Origin: an uncultured delta proteobacterium
GTDB taxonomy: Bacteria > Desulfobacterota > Binatia > Binatales > Binataceae
Assembly: GCA_963794325.1 (NCBI GenBank)
Contig: CAWCDG010000006.1
Span: forward strand, 64,001 to 128,000
DNA: 64,000 nucleotides
Direction of reading: 5' to 3'
Shown here: positions 19,335 to 29,522 of the stretch, one piece after another
Numbering within the stretch: the stretch's first letter is position 1
Layout: every line of letters begins with the position of its first letter
The notes under the pieces: model-generated
The model's database searches: none
The model's input: the letters and a program-made list of their open reading frames with translations, nothing else
What the model was told of the DNA's origin: nothing
Made by a program: the position numbers and the translations under genes

Positions 19335-20597
19335 CTATCGCGCCGCCGCGTGCACTCCGTTCGACGCGATCTTTGTGCGCGGGCCCTTTAGCGACTCGGG
19401 CCACCATTTGTTGTCCCATTCGCCGTCCCACACGCCGCGGAAATGCGGCAGCACTTCGCTGCAGAACAGATCGATATTCTTCATCGTCAACTCGTGCGGC
19501 ATCGATCCGATATGCAGCAGCACCATCAGGTTGCCGACGCGAAGTTTCTTGACCGCTTCCATCAACTGCTGACGCACGGTGGCCGGCGAGCCCGCGATCA
19601 CGAACTGGTTATCGACGAAGTCCTTGTACTTCCACGTCGGGATCTTGTTCATCAGATCGAACAACTGCGGATTCAGCTTGGTCACGCTGTTGACCAGGCT
19701 CTTGTAGTCCTGGTTGCCGGCGACGGGAAAATACTCGGGCAGGATATGCAGGCATTTGTCGTAAAAGTATCGGATGTGCTTGTAGTAGTCCTTTTCGGCC
19801 TGCGCGTCGGTCTCCGACACCGCGACCAGTTGCAAAAATCCCGCGCGATACGGATTGGGATCGTGATTGCCCTTGGCGACGAAATCCCAGAAGCCGTCCA
19901 TCACGCGCTTGCCGAAATTATTTCCCCAGTACGACAGGAAGCAGTAGCAATGGTTGTGCTTGGCCGAAAAATCCCAGGTCGAGAGACTGCCGCTGCCGGG
20001 AATCCACACCGGCGGATGCGGCTTCTGAATCGGCCGCGGCCAGATATTCACCATCGGCAGTTTGAAGTACTTGCCGTTCCACGCGAAAATCTCCGGCGAC
20101 GTCCACGACTTGATAATCAGGTCGTGCGCCTCGTAGTAACGCTCGCGCTGCTCGATCGGCGGAATTCCGTAGCACAGGTTCACGTCCTGCGAGGTGCCGA
20201 GCGGCATGCCGGCGACCATTCGGCCGCCGCTGATACAATCGATCATCGAATATTCTTCGGCGATTCGTATCGGCGGATTCGAGGTCGGCAGCGTCGCGCC
20301 CATCTGCACCACGGCGACGTCGGTGCCGTTGGTCGCGCGCGCGAGAATCGATCCCATCAGGTCCGGATTCGGCATGAAGCCGTAGGCGTTCTGATGATGC
20401 TCGTTGACGCAGATGCCGTCGATGCCCTTGTCGGCGGCGTGAATCAACTCGTCGAGCGTCCAGTTGTAGTACTGCCCGACCTTCACCGAATCGGCCAGCT
20501 CGCAATACGGCGGATCGACCCACACCGAATGATACTTCTGCGCGAAGTCCTCCGGCAGATCGCGATACGGCATCAGATGGAACATCGAGATTTTCAT
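19335..20597 (-). CDS. LLM-class flavin-dependent monooxygenase
   Basis: NEHH, PIRIAEEYSMID.ISGGR, WPRPIQKPHPP and FCSEVLP motifs. Confidence 0.9.
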   Translation of the reverse strand: MKISMFHLMPYRDLPEDFAQKYHSVWVDPPYCELADSVKVGQYYNWTLDELIHAADKGIDGICVNEHHQNAYGFMPNPDLMGSILARATNGTDVAVVQMGATLPTSNPPIRIAEEYSMIDCISGGRMVAGMPLGTSQDVNLCYGIPPIEQRERYYEAHDLIIKSWTSPEIFAWNGKYFKLPMVNIWPRPIQKPHPPVWIPGSGSLSTWDFSAKHNHCYCFLSYWGNNFGKRVMDGFWDFVAKGNHDPNPYRAGFLQLVAVSETDAQAEKDYYKHIRYFYDKCLHILPEYFPVAGNQDYKSLVNSVTKLNPQLFDLMNKIPTWKYKDFVDNQFVIAGSPATVRQQLMEAVKKLRVGNLMVLLHIGSMPHELTMKNIDLFCSEVLPHFRGVWDGEWDNKWWPESLKGPRTKIASNGVHAAAR

Positions 20598-20709
20598 CGT
20601 ATGGGCCTCCGGACGCGTCAGCTTTCGATTTTTCCATACCACGCGGCGGTGTCATCCCCCAAGCGCGCAGCGTTGCGGATGCTATCGCCGTGCGGTTCTA
20701 TGTCCCACA

Positions 20710-21567
20710 GTGAAACTGCTCGTCGCATTCGGCATCGCATTGATATTCAGCGTCGGTACGGCGCGCGCGGATCCTCCCTCGCGATCGTTCGTCGGCAACT
20801 TCATCGGCAATGACGCGACGGTGGAAAACTATCTCTCAGTTTCGGGCGGCGTCGATCGCACGCAGGACTTCGAATCGCTGTATCTCGAAAAAACTCTCTC
20901 GCCGAAGTCCAGCTTCTCGCTGTTCGTCGGCTACCAGCGCCTCGAGCAGGAAGGCGAGTTCACCAGCGCCAGCGGATTCACCAACCTGGGCCTCGCCTAC
21001 AAACGCGTGCTCGTCACGATTCCGGACCACGAATTCGTGTTCACGATCAGTCCGACGCTCGAGCTGCCGGTCGGCGACCGCAGTGTTGGTTCTGAATCTC
21101 ATCCACGCGCCGGCGGCGATTTGCTTTTTCAGAAGGGCTTCGGCGATCTGCCAGACTGGCTGCACATGCTGCGGCCGTTCGGCGTCGAGGGCGAGGCAGG
21201 ATGGGAAAGCAAGGTAACGGGCGGGCGAGACGATCTTCTGTCCGCCAACCTCGAACTCGAGTATTCGCTGGACTATCTGGACGCTAACATCGCCGGCGGT
21301 TCCGTACCTTACGCGCTGCGCGATCTCACGCCGCATCTCGATTTCGATTACGCGCAGTACCTGAGCGCGCATCGAAACTCATCGCAGCCCGACTTCGAGC
21401 TGACGCCAGCCATCGCGTGGATGAATTCCATCTTCGAGGTAAATCTCGGCGTCCAGGTAGGCGTCAATCGCGCATCGCGAGGCACCGGCGCAGTCGCCTT
21501 CGTCTGGCTGCTCGGAGTTTCCTACGATCAACTCGCGCCCGCCCTCGGATGGAATCTGTTTCATTAG
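20710..21567 (+). CDS. Exported protein, probable outer-membrane beta-barrel
   Basis: Signal peptide ending ARA; alternating amphipathic beta-strand pattern. Confidence 0.55.
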   Translation: MKLLVAFGIALIFSVGTARADPPSRSFVGNFIGNDATVENYLSVSGGVDRTQDFESLYLEKTLSPKSSFSLFVGYQRLEQEGEFTSASGFTNLGLAYKRVLVTIPDHEFVFTISPTLELPVGDRSVGSESHPRAGGDLLFQKGFGDLPDWLHMLRPFGVEGEAGWESKVTGGRDDLLSANLELEYSLDYLDANIAGGSVPYALRDLTPHLDFDYAQYLSAHRNSSQPDFELTPAIAWMNSIFEVNLGVQVGVNRASRGTGAVAFVWLLGVSYDQLAPALGWNLFH

Positions 21568-21613
21568 TCGGCGGTATGGACAAGCTCCTTCGATGAAGTG
21601 ACAATGCGCGCCT

Positions 21614-22858
21614 ATGGAATCGTGGTTTAACAAAGCAAGATTCGGGATGTTCATTCATTGGGGACATTGCAGCCAGCGCGGGCTTGAGCTGTCGTGGCCG
21701 CTGGTCGGGGGCGTCGGCGCGCTGCCGAATGGCCCGAGTGTTGGGGTCGAGGAGTACCACTCGACCGCCAAAACATTCGAGCCGATTAATTGGGATGCGA
21801 AGAGACTGGCTAAATTGGCCAGGCGCGCCGGTATGCAGTACGCCGTTCTGACTAGTAAACATCACGACGGCTACTCACTATTCCATACCAAGCATTCTGA
21901 CTATTCGATTGAGTATTCACCGTTCAAGCGGGATATAGTTGGTGAATACACAGATGCGTTCCGTGCGGAAGGTCTCAAGGTCGGACTGTACTACTCACTT
22001 ATCGACTGGCATCATCCTGACTATCCGACGTTTCTCGAGTCGGACAAGCCGTACAAGTGGGGCGCGTGGCGCCGTTCGACTCCCGAGCAATGGAATCGGT
22101 TCATCGAATTCATGTTCGCCCAGATGCGCGAGCTGCTGACCAACTACGGCAAGATCGATCTGCTGTGGTTCGACGGCGGATGGGAACGGACGCCCGAGGA
22201 ATGGAAGTCGCGCGAGTTCGTCGAGATGATCCATTCGCTGCAGCCCGAGGTCGTCATCAACGATCGCCTTCCGGGTTACGGAGACTACCAGACGCCCGAG
22301 CAGGCGGTGCCGCCTAAGCCGCCTGAGGGACCGTGGGAGACCTGCCTGACGATCAACAATAGCTGGGGCTACAATCCTTCCGACAAGGACCTCAAATCCA
22401 CGCGCGCGCTGATTCATACGCTGTGCGAGGTGGCCGGCAAGGGCGGAAATCTGCTGCTCAATGTGAGCCCGATGGGCGACGGCGCGCTTCCGCCCGAGCA
22501 AGTCGAGCGGCTCGAGGCGATCGGCGACTGGATGGACCGCAACAATGAGGCGATTGTCGGCAGCGACCCCGGACTCGAGCCATGGCAGTTCTACGGACCG
22601 TCAACCCGCCGCGGCAATCGCGTCTATCTGCACTTGCTGGCAAAGCCGTATGAGTCGGTCTCGGTGCGCGGCGTGAAAGTGAAACACGTCGGCGACGTGC
22701 GTCCGCTGGCGAGCACGATGTCGCTGAAGGTCCGCAGGCGAGTCTCCGCAAGCGACTCGCTATTCAATCACGATCCGATTGGCGAGCTGGTGATTGCGAC
22801 GCCCGATAGCGCGCTCGATTCGATGGCGACGATCATCGCCGTCGATTTCCAGAGATAG
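21614..22858 (+). CDS. Alpha-L-fucosidase (GH29)
   Basis: RFGMFIHWG, TSKHHDG, YYSLIDWHH, LWFDG and GGNLLLNVSP motifs. Confidence 0.93.
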   Translation: MESWFNKARFGMFIHWGHCSQRGLELSWPLVGGVGALPNGPSVGVEEYHSTAKTFEPINWDAKRLAKLARRAGMQYAVLTSKHHDGYSLFHTKHSDYSIEYSPFKRDIVGEYTDAFRAEGLKVGLYYSLIDWHHPDYPTFLESDKPYKWGAWRRSTPEQWNRFIEFMFAQMRELLTNYGKIDLLWFDGGWERTPEEWKSREFVEMIHSLQPEVVINDRLPGYGDYQTPEQAVPPKPPEGPWETCLTINNSWGYNPSDKDLKSTRALIHTLCEVAGKGGNLLLNVSPMGDGALPPEQVERLEAIGDWMDRNNEAIVGSDPGLEPWQFYGPSTRRGNRVYLHLLAKPYESVSVRGVKVKHVGDVRPLASTMSLKVRRRVSASDSLFNHDPIGELVIATPDSALDSMATIIAVDFQR

Positions 22859-22868
22859 TCAGTCGAGG

Positions 22869-25370
22869 TTACGGAGCCGCGGTGAAGCTCCACGAATACG
22901 GTTTGCCGTTGACTGTCATCGCGGCGCGATACGTCTCTCCGCCGGCGAACGGATCACGCACCATCATTACTACTTCGCCGAACGAGCTGAGTACCTCGCG
23001 GCCCCGCGCCTGCGCGCCCGCGTCAGGATTGGTGTAGCCGTTGGAGTCGTAGGCGCAGGTCGGGACTTTGGTACCCGCCGCCGTGCCGGTGGTTTGAGTC
23101 AGAGACGCGTCGGTTATCTTCGCCGGCACATGCATTCCGAGTTGAATCGTGATCGCCGGCGCCGTTGGCGGGTAGCCCGGACACGACGACACCGGACTCG
23201 GCCATTCACCACCGAATCGCGGCGCTTTGACGGTTGCCCCATCCGGAGGAATCTTGATTGGCTCGGCGAGCGGTTGGCCACCGGGAAGCGCCAGCGCCGA
23301 ATCGCTGACAACATTCACCGCCGATACGCATCCCACTCCCTCGCAATACTGGCCGAACCCTACTCGCATCAGATCGGGACTCAGCAGTTCCGGACGATGG
23401 AACGGCCCTGAAATCCACCACTCGATCGCCTGCGCCATCAGTTGATCCTCGGTCATTTTGGCCCGCGGCTGGTACACGACGTCGCTGGCTTGCGCGGCTT
23501 TCAGTCCTTCGACTGAATACCCCGGTTTCGACTTATCCTCCTGATGGAACAGGACGCCGATTTGCCCCCCGTGCGCCAGCATCTGCTCATAGTTTGTCAT
23601 CAGATACTTCGCGTGGGCGACGCAGCCCGCACTCAGCGCCGGATCCTGATCCACCGGCGGCACATTGAGTCGCGTGCGGTATCCATTGAGAACAGTCAGC
23701 CAGTTCGTGCTTGTGCTGACGCCGCCGTGCGCCTCTTCGATGGTCGGCGACGACGCGGGGCTCGCGAGCGCGACCTCTGAAGACATCGCAGCCGACTCGG
23801 CGCGATGCGCCGCGCGTGCGCGATGAGGACGCGTCGCCACCGCCGCACTGCTGGTTGGCTCTGACGCGGGCGGCGGAGTCGCGGGGAACTTCGCGATCTC
23901 TGCAAACGTCGTGGCCTGCGCATCCGCGGCTTTGAAGCTCCATGCGTAGGTCTGGTCGTTCGCGGTAATCGAGACCGCGTAGCGCGCGCCCGGCCGCAAC
24001 GGCTCGCGCGGGATGATTACTACCGCGCTCGCGTTGCGCAGGTTCCACCGGCCGTATTCCTGCTCGCTACGATTGCCATTTCGATAGCTGGGCGCGTCGA
24101 AGGCGCAGTACTCGATCGGCTTGCCGTCTTCCGTCAACGAGTGCGCCGAGAGTTTCGTGTTCATCAGCCGTCCGATTTGCAGTGTGATAGGAAGTCCGAC
24201 GGGCCGTTCGTAACCCGAACAGCTCGCGAGCGGGTCGGGCGACTCGACTCCGATCCAATCGAGCGCAACGGCCGCACCGTCGGGTGGAAACTCGACCGCG
24301 CGCGCGTACGCCTTGACCTCCGAAGGCGGTGGCGGCAATCGAAGCGTGGCCACCCAACATCCGTCGCCCGAGGCCTCGCCGAAACCGGCCGCCTTTATGA
24401 AGGGATCGAGCATCGCGAGGCGATGGAATGGTCCCTCGATCCAATGATCGATCTGCTGTCCCGCGTCGTACGAGCTGCAGCCCCATGCGAGCTGGAGGTT
24501 CTGCGCCACCCTTGCCCCGATTGTCGAATAGCCGCTCCTGCCGGGCTTCTCTTCGTAAGCCGCCGCACTCATCGGCTTTGCGCTGCGGATGTCGTCGGCG
24601 AAATTGAGCAGCAGATAACGCGCATGCGCTGCGGCGCCGGCACTCAACTGTGGATCGTCGCGAATCGGATCGAGACCCAGGCCGGCCCGGTAAAAGTTGA
24701 TCCGATCCCGCCACGTCGTGGGCGAGGACGATACATTGGTAGTCGATGATGACGAGGATGACTTCGGCAAAGGCGATGGCGCTTTCATTGCAACCGCCGC
24801 GATCGACGGGGCGGCCGCCGGCGTACTCATCGCGCGCGCAATGGAAGGCTCATGAGCCGGCGCGTGCGCAACTTCCGCCATCGATGTTTCGGCATGGCTC
24901 GACGACACGTGCGAATCCACCCACCCGACGACCGCGGAGAGCGACGCCCGAGAGAACAGTCCCCAATTCTCGACATGGTCCGCGAATGCGATCGCGACCA
25001 GCGCCGCGACAACCGGAATCATCCGCAGGATCCTTCGCCATCGTCGCCGCTTCAGGGCGTCGGGATCGATAAATCGGTACGGAGGCGCGCCGCCAAACCG
25101 CAGGAGGTCGCCGTGCTTGAGCTCCTGTTTGCGCCGGATACGCCGCCCGTTGACGAACACTCCCTGGGCCGACTTGAGATCGACCACGTAGTAGCGGCCG
25201 CGCGCATACCTGACGATTGCATGACGATCCGCGACGCCGGCATCCGCGAGGTGCAGCGCCGAAGCGTCCGCACTTCCTATCTCAGCTTCATCGCGCCCGA
25301 GCAGCAGCAGACGCGTGCCGACTGCCTCGCGATCGACAGCGAGCAGCCGTGCGGCCTGCGGTCTCAACAC
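22869..25370 (-). CDS. FHA + TM + tandem CAP(SCP)/Ig-like domain protein
   Basis: N-terminal FHA-like domain, RRRWRR-TM segment, then two units of N.YR...L.P....LS.G..AH..Y ... W..GPFHR...L. Confidence 0.8.
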   Translation of the reverse strand: MLRPQAARLLAVDREAVGTRLLLLGRDEAEIGSADASALHLADAGVADRHAIVRYARGRYYVVDLKSAQGVFVNGRRIRRKQELKHGDLLRFGGAPPYRFIDPDALKRRRWRRILRMIPVVAALVAIAFADHVENWGLFSRASLSAVVGWVDSHVSSSHAETSMAEVAHAPAHEPSIARAMSTPAAAPSIAAVAMKAPSPLPKSSSSSSTTNVSSSPTTWRDRINFYRAGLGLDPIRDDPQLSAGAAAHARYLLLNFADDIRSAKPMSAAAYEEKPGRSGYSTIGARVAQNLQLAWGCSSYDAGQQIDHWIEGPFHRLAMLDPFIKAAGFGEASGDGCWVATLRLPPPPSEVKAYARAVEFPPDGAAVALDWIGVESPDPLASCSGYERPVGLPITLQIGRLMNTKLSAHSLTEDGKPIEYCAFDAPSYRNGNRSEQEYGRWNLRNASAVVIIPREPLRPGARYAVSITANDQTYAWSFKAADAQATTFAEIAKFPATPPPASEPTSSAAVATRPHRARAAHRAESAAMSSEVALASPASSPTIEEAHGGVSTSTNWLTVLNGYRTRLNVPPVDQDPALSAGCVAHAKYLMTNYEQMLAHGGQIGVLFHQEDKSKPGYSVEGLKAAQASDVVYQPRAKMTEDQLMAQAIEWWISGPFHRPELLSPDLMRVGFGQYCEGVGCVSAVNVVSDSALALPGGQPLAEPIKIPPDGATVKAPRFGGEWPSPVSSCPGYPPTAPAITIQLGMHVPAKITDASLTQTTGTAAGTKVPTCAYDSNGYTNPDAGAQARGREVLSSFGEVVMMVRDPFAGGETYRAAMTVNGKPYSWSFTAAP

Positions 25371-25405
25371 TTGCGACTACGCTCCCAAGGCCATCTCATA
25401 TCGCG

Positions 25406-25837
25406 TCAGAATACGAACGCGTTGCCTTTCGCCGGCGGCGCCGTCGGCGTTTCCGTGCAATACGGCGGGTCGCCGCTCGCGTTGGGCGCCCGGACAGCCA
25501 GCAGCCTCGCCAGGTCTTGCTGGCAGTTATTGTGATCGGTTGCGTAATAGCGGTAGCGGGTAGTTTTGATCGATTGGTCCGGCGGCAGGACCAGAACTGG
25601 CCCGCTTACTTTCGAGGCTTCCTCGGGCGTCATCCCCATGTCGGTAAGTTTGATCGGGGCGGGCGGCGTTTTGGATTTCCAGAGCGGCACCCCCGGCAGG
25701 CCGGCGGAGGTCAGCTTGCCGTTCTGATCCTCGGTCCACGAAACACATCCGGCGAGCGCGCACAGGCAGATCGCCACCACTACTAATACGGCGCGTTTCA
25801 AAACAACCGTCCCCTTCCTTTCACTCTCAGCTAACAC
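25406..25837 (-). CDS. Hypothetical lipoprotein
   Basis: Lipobox LAGC; the true start is probably about 10 codons downstream of the ORF start. Confidence 0.7.
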   Translation of the reverse strand: MLAESERKGTVVLKRAVLVVVAICLCALAGCVSWTEDQNGKLTSAGLPGVPLWKSKTPPAPIKLTDMGMTPEEASKVSGPVLVLPPDQSIKTTRYRYYATDHNNCQQDLARLLAVRAPNASGDPPYCTETPTAPPAKGNAFVF

Positions 25838-25875
25838 GATCCTGCGACAACCGCAGGTTAACGGGCGGAACTAAA

Positions 25876-27273
25876 TCATGGACTTATGGAGAATGTCCAG
25901 TCGTACTGCTTTCCGTTCGCGTTTATCGACACCGCGTACTTCGCGCCCTTGTCAAGCGGCTCGCGCGGAATCACCACGACCGTGCCATACGACTTCAACA
26001 CGTTGCGCCCGAGGTCTTGTGAGTATGCGTCGGGATTCGAGTAGCTAGTCGAATCTATACCGCAAGCTTCGACTGAGGAGTGACCGCCATCGGGGTTTAC
26101 TCGGGCGAGTGAGTATTGACTGAGATGCGTATCTATCCAATTGCCGAGCTGAAGTGTAATAGCCAGTCCGCTCGGCGGATCGTAGTGGGGGCAACTTGTC
26201 AGCGGATTGGGCCATTCGTTCTCGAACGATCTTATCGCGACACTGCCGCCGTCGGGCGGAAATTCGATCGGCAGACTCCTCGCCGCGCCGGGCGGCATCT
26301 TTCCTTGCGAGCCCTTCAGCAGATTGAGCCCTGCGGCGCACGCCTCGGATTCGCAGTAGAGCCCGAAGCCGGCGCTGGTCAGGCGCGGGTTGAGAATCGG
26401 CATGCGATGGAACGGCAGCGACATCCATCCATCGATCGACCATTCGGGCGAACCCCATCCGCCCGGGGATTTGGATACTCTATGCATCGACCACACGTCC
26501 ATGTCGCTGGACTTGGCGGCTTCGAGTCCTTGGGACGTGAAGCCCGGTTTTCCCGAATTTTCGTCATGCATTTCGGCGCCAAGGCCGTCGTGCTCGATTG
26601 AATCGTGGAAGTTGCGGACGATGTACGTAGTATGCGCCTGGTCGCCCTTGCTCGATTCCGGATCTTCGACGACCGGCGGCAGCTTCACCATCGCGCGGTA
26701 ATAGTTCACTCGCGCTAACCATGCCGGCTCGGCGGACGCGGGATTCACTGATGACGCAGGAGATGAGCCCGCGGCTGATCCCGGTTCAGCGGATGCAGAT
26801 TGAGTATTAGCCGCCGAGGGCTCGGAAGCGGACTTGATCGGCGAAGTCTCTGCCACGGGTTGCGGGGTGGCCGGTCTGATTTCGCGTCGATAGCGGGCTA
26901 CGGCGAATCCTGCGATGAACATCGCGGTCAGAATCACGAATCCCCATAGCAACCGCTTCGGCACTGCCTGCGGGTCGAAAGCAAAGCGCACAGCGCCAAA
27001 CTTGATCTCGTCGCCTGGCTTCAACGCGGTTGGACTACCTATTCGGCGGCCATTCACGAAGGTACCGTTGGTAGATCCGAGGTCCGTCAGCTCGAAGCTC
27101 CCGGACTTGCGCGCAATCGTGGCATGACGGCGCGATACCGTAGTGTCGTCGAGTACTACGTCGTTTGACGGATGACTGCCAATAGCTATTGCCGGCTTGT
27201 CGAGTGAGTATTCGCGCAGAGGAGAACTGCCTATTGAAACCAGACGATTGTTGGCGGCAGTCTGCTCCGGCAT
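25876..27273 (-). CDS. FHA + TM + CAP/Ig-like domain protein
   Basis: VSRRHA and DLGSTNGTFVNG; TM LLWGFVILTAMFIAGFAV; CAP motifs VNYYR and WMSLPFHRMPIL. Confidence 0.85.
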   Translation of the reverse strand: MPEQTAANNRLVSIGSSPLREYSLDKPAIAIGSHPSNDVVLDDTTVSRRHATIARKSGSFELTDLGSTNGTFVNGRRIGSPTALKPGDEIKFGAVRFAFDPQAVPKRLLWGFVILTAMFIAGFAVARYRREIRPATPQPVAETSPIKSASEPSAANTQSASAEPGSAAGSSPASSVNPASAEPAWLARVNYYRAMVKLPPVVEDPESSKGDQAHTTYIVRNFHDSIEHDGLGAEMHDENSGKPGFTSQGLEAAKSSDMDVWSMHRVSKSPGGWGSPEWSIDGWMSLPFHRMPILNPRLTSAGFGLYCESEACAAGLNLLKGSQGKMPPGAARSLPIEFPPDGGSVAIRSFENEWPNPLTSCPHYDPPSGLAITLQLGNWIDTHLSQYSLARVNPDGGHSSVEACGIDSTSYSNPDAYSQDLGRNVLKSYGTVVVIPREPLDKGAKYAVSINANGKQYDWTFSISP

Positions 27274-27281
27274 CTATCTAA

Positions 27282-28325
27282 CTAGCCCAGGTTCCAGAAG
27301 CGGCCGACGTTCTGCGCCGCGCGCTCGATCATCGGCATCACGCGATCGCCGCCATCGTCAGGGCGAATCGGCTCGTCGGCGTCGCGTCCGAACTCGTCGA
27401 TCACGGCGCGTCCCGATTCCGCGATTGCCTCGAGGTCGTAGCCGCCTTCGAGCGCCGCGACCATCTTGCCGCCGCAGCATTCCGCGGCCAGCCGCTTCAC
27501 CCGCCGCGCCATTGCCCCGAATCCCGCGCCGGTCACGCGCATCTGCGCGAGCGGATCGCGAAAGTGTCCGTCGAAGCCGCATGAGACCAGGATGAACTCG
27601 GGTTTGAAATGGCGTCCGATCGGCATTACCAATCGATCGAACACCCTTAGATATTCGGCGTCGCCAAATTCCGCCGGCATCGGCAAATTGACCGTGAACC
27701 CCATGCCCGCGCCGTATCCGATCTCGTGGAGCGAGCCGGTACCGGGGTAATGCGGAAACTGATGGGTCGATACGTAGAGCACCTCGGGCGATTCGTAAAA
27801 GATATCCTGCAAACCATTGCCATGATGGACGTCCCAATCGACGATCATCACGCGCTTGAGCCCGCGCGATTCGATTAGCCACTTCGCCGCGATCGCCACG
27901 TTGTTGAAGAAGCAAAATCCCATCGCACGATTAGGTAGTGCGTGATGCCCCGGCGGCCGGACAATAGCAAATCCATTAGCTACTGCGCCGTCCATCACCG
28001 CCTCGACCGCGGTCAACACGCCGCCGGCGGAAAGCAGCGCGGTCTGGTAGGTATCGCGCGAACTATGCGTATCAGGATCGAAGTCGAACCGATCGAGCGA
28101 CGCCGTCCGCACCATCGTGGCGATATACTCGGGAGTATGGCAGCTCTCGATTTCCTCTTGCGTCGCCTCGCGCGGCGCCAAGAATCTCAGATCCGGCCGC
28201 TTGAGCGACTCCGCCATCTCGATCATCGTCTCGATTCGCTCGGGACGCTCCGGATGCGAGCGGCCGGCGAAGTGTTTCAGGTAGCGGCGATCCGCGACGA
28301 TCCCGGTTTTAAGCATCGTTGACAC
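27282..28325 (-). CDS. Histone deacetylase family protein
   Basis: HPERPER, RPPGHHA, GFCFFNN, DWDVHHGNG and LEGGY motifs. Confidence 0.95.
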   Translation of the reverse strand: MSTMLKTGIVADRRYLKHFAGRSHPERPERIETMIEMAESLKRPDLRFLAPREATQEEIESCHTPEYIATMVRTASLDRFDFDPDTHSSRDTYQTALLSAGGVLTAVEAVMDGAVANGFAIVRPPGHHALPNRAMGFCFFNNVAIAAKWLIESRGLKRVMIVDWDVHHGNGLQDIFYESPEVLYVSTHQFPHYPGTGSLHEIGYGAGMGFTVNLPMPAEFGDAEYLRVFDRLVMPIGRHFKPEFILVSCGFDGHFRDPLAQMRVTGAGFGAMARRVKRLAAECCGGKMVAALEGGYDLEAIAESGRAVIDEFGRDADEPIRPDDGGDRVMPMIERAAQNVGRFWNLG

Positions 28326-28425
28326 CCCAGTCGGGTATGATGATTAACTGGCATGGAGCGGTAGCGCGGAATTTTTCCGCGCCTCGCGAAGTCATTGAAT
28401 TGCATTGGTCGGCGGTCATTGAAGC

Positions 28426-28686
28426 TTGCCTGATCTTTTTGAAATAGCTCTCATCCTCGCGATCGCGCTGATCGTGGTCGGCCCCGAACGGCTGCCCGAA
28501 GTGATGCGCACGGTCGGAAAGCTCCTGCGCGAACTGCGGCTGGCGAGTAATACCGTCCTCCATGAACTTACCGACGTGCTCGAAGAGACGAACGCAAATA
28601 TACCTCCGCCACCCAAGTCCTCGCCGGAGGCTGTGAAGCCACCCGGGCCGCCGGCTACAACTACACAGCCGACTGAGAATAAATAG
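28426..28686 (+). CDS. tatB: Tat translocase subunit TatB (TatA/B family)
   Basis: EIALILAIALIVVGPERLP; directly upstream of tatC. Confidence 0.85.
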   Translation: MPDLFEIALILAIALIVVGPERLPEVMRTVGKLLRELRLASNTVLHELTDVLEETNANIPPPPKSSPEAVKPPGPPATTTQPTENK

Positions 28687-28702
28687 CTGGTCATCCCGCA
28701 CT

Positions 28703-29515
28703 GTGCCTAGCGAGGATATCACACCGCCGGCAGTCATCGAGGCGACGCCCGAACAGGCGCGGATGTCGCTCATCGAGCATTTGAATGAACTCCGCACGGC
28801 GCTGATTCGCGCCTTCATCGCCATCGGCGTCGGCTTCATTATCGCGTACGCAATCGCCGATCCGCTCTTTCACATGCTGACCTGGCCGATTCGCGAGGTG
28901 TCCGGCGGCAAGGTGCTGTTGATTGGCACGGGCGTCGGCGAGGCGTTCTACACGAAGATCAAAGTCGCGCTTATCGCCGGTTTGTTCATCGCCAGTCCGG
29001 CGGTATTTTACGAGGTCTGGAAATTCATCGCGCCGGGTTTGTACGAGACCGAGCGCAGGATGGCGAAGCCGTTCGTTTTCTTCGCGACGGTCTTTTTCGT
29101 TCTCGGTGGATATTTCTGCTGGGCGGTCGTTTTCAAAGTCGGCTACGCGTTCTTCCTTGGCCAGTACGCGAGCATCGGCGTGACTCCGACGATTCGCATC
29201 AGCGAGTATCTCGCGTTCTCGTCGAAGCTACTGCTGGCGTTCGCGCTGACGTTCGAGATGCCGATTTTCGCGTTCTTCTTCACCAAGCTCGGGATGATCG
29301 ACTACAAGATGATGCTGGGGTACTGGCGCTACGCGATCCTCGCCATCTTCATCGTGTCCGCGGCGCTGACTCCGCCCGACATGGTCTCGCAATTCCTGCT
29401 CGCGATTCCGCTGCTGGCGCTCTACGTTGTCAGCGTCGGCGTCGCGTGGATGTTTCGTTTGAAGCCTTCGGAAAAATCCGCCGCGACAACTCCGCAGCAA
29501 CCCGAGACTGTCTGA
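28703..29515 (+). CDS. tatC: Tat translocase subunit TatC
   Basis: HLNELR, WKFIAPGLY..E, FEMP and TPPD..SQ motifs. Confidence 0.96.
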   Translation: MPSEDITPPAVIEATPEQARMSLIEHLNELRTALIRAFIAIGVGFIIAYAIADPLFHMLTWPIREVSGGKVLLIGTGVGEAFYTKIKVALIAGLFIASPAVFYEVWKFIAPGLYETERRMAKPFVFFATVFFVLGGYFCWAVVFKVGYAFFLGQYASIGVTPTIRISEYLAFSSKLLLAFALTFEMPIFAFFFTKLGMIDYKMMLGYWRYAILAIFIVSAALTPPDMVSQFLLAIPLLALYVVSVGVAWMFRLKPSEKSAATTPQQPETV

Positions 29516-29522
29516 GGGTCCT

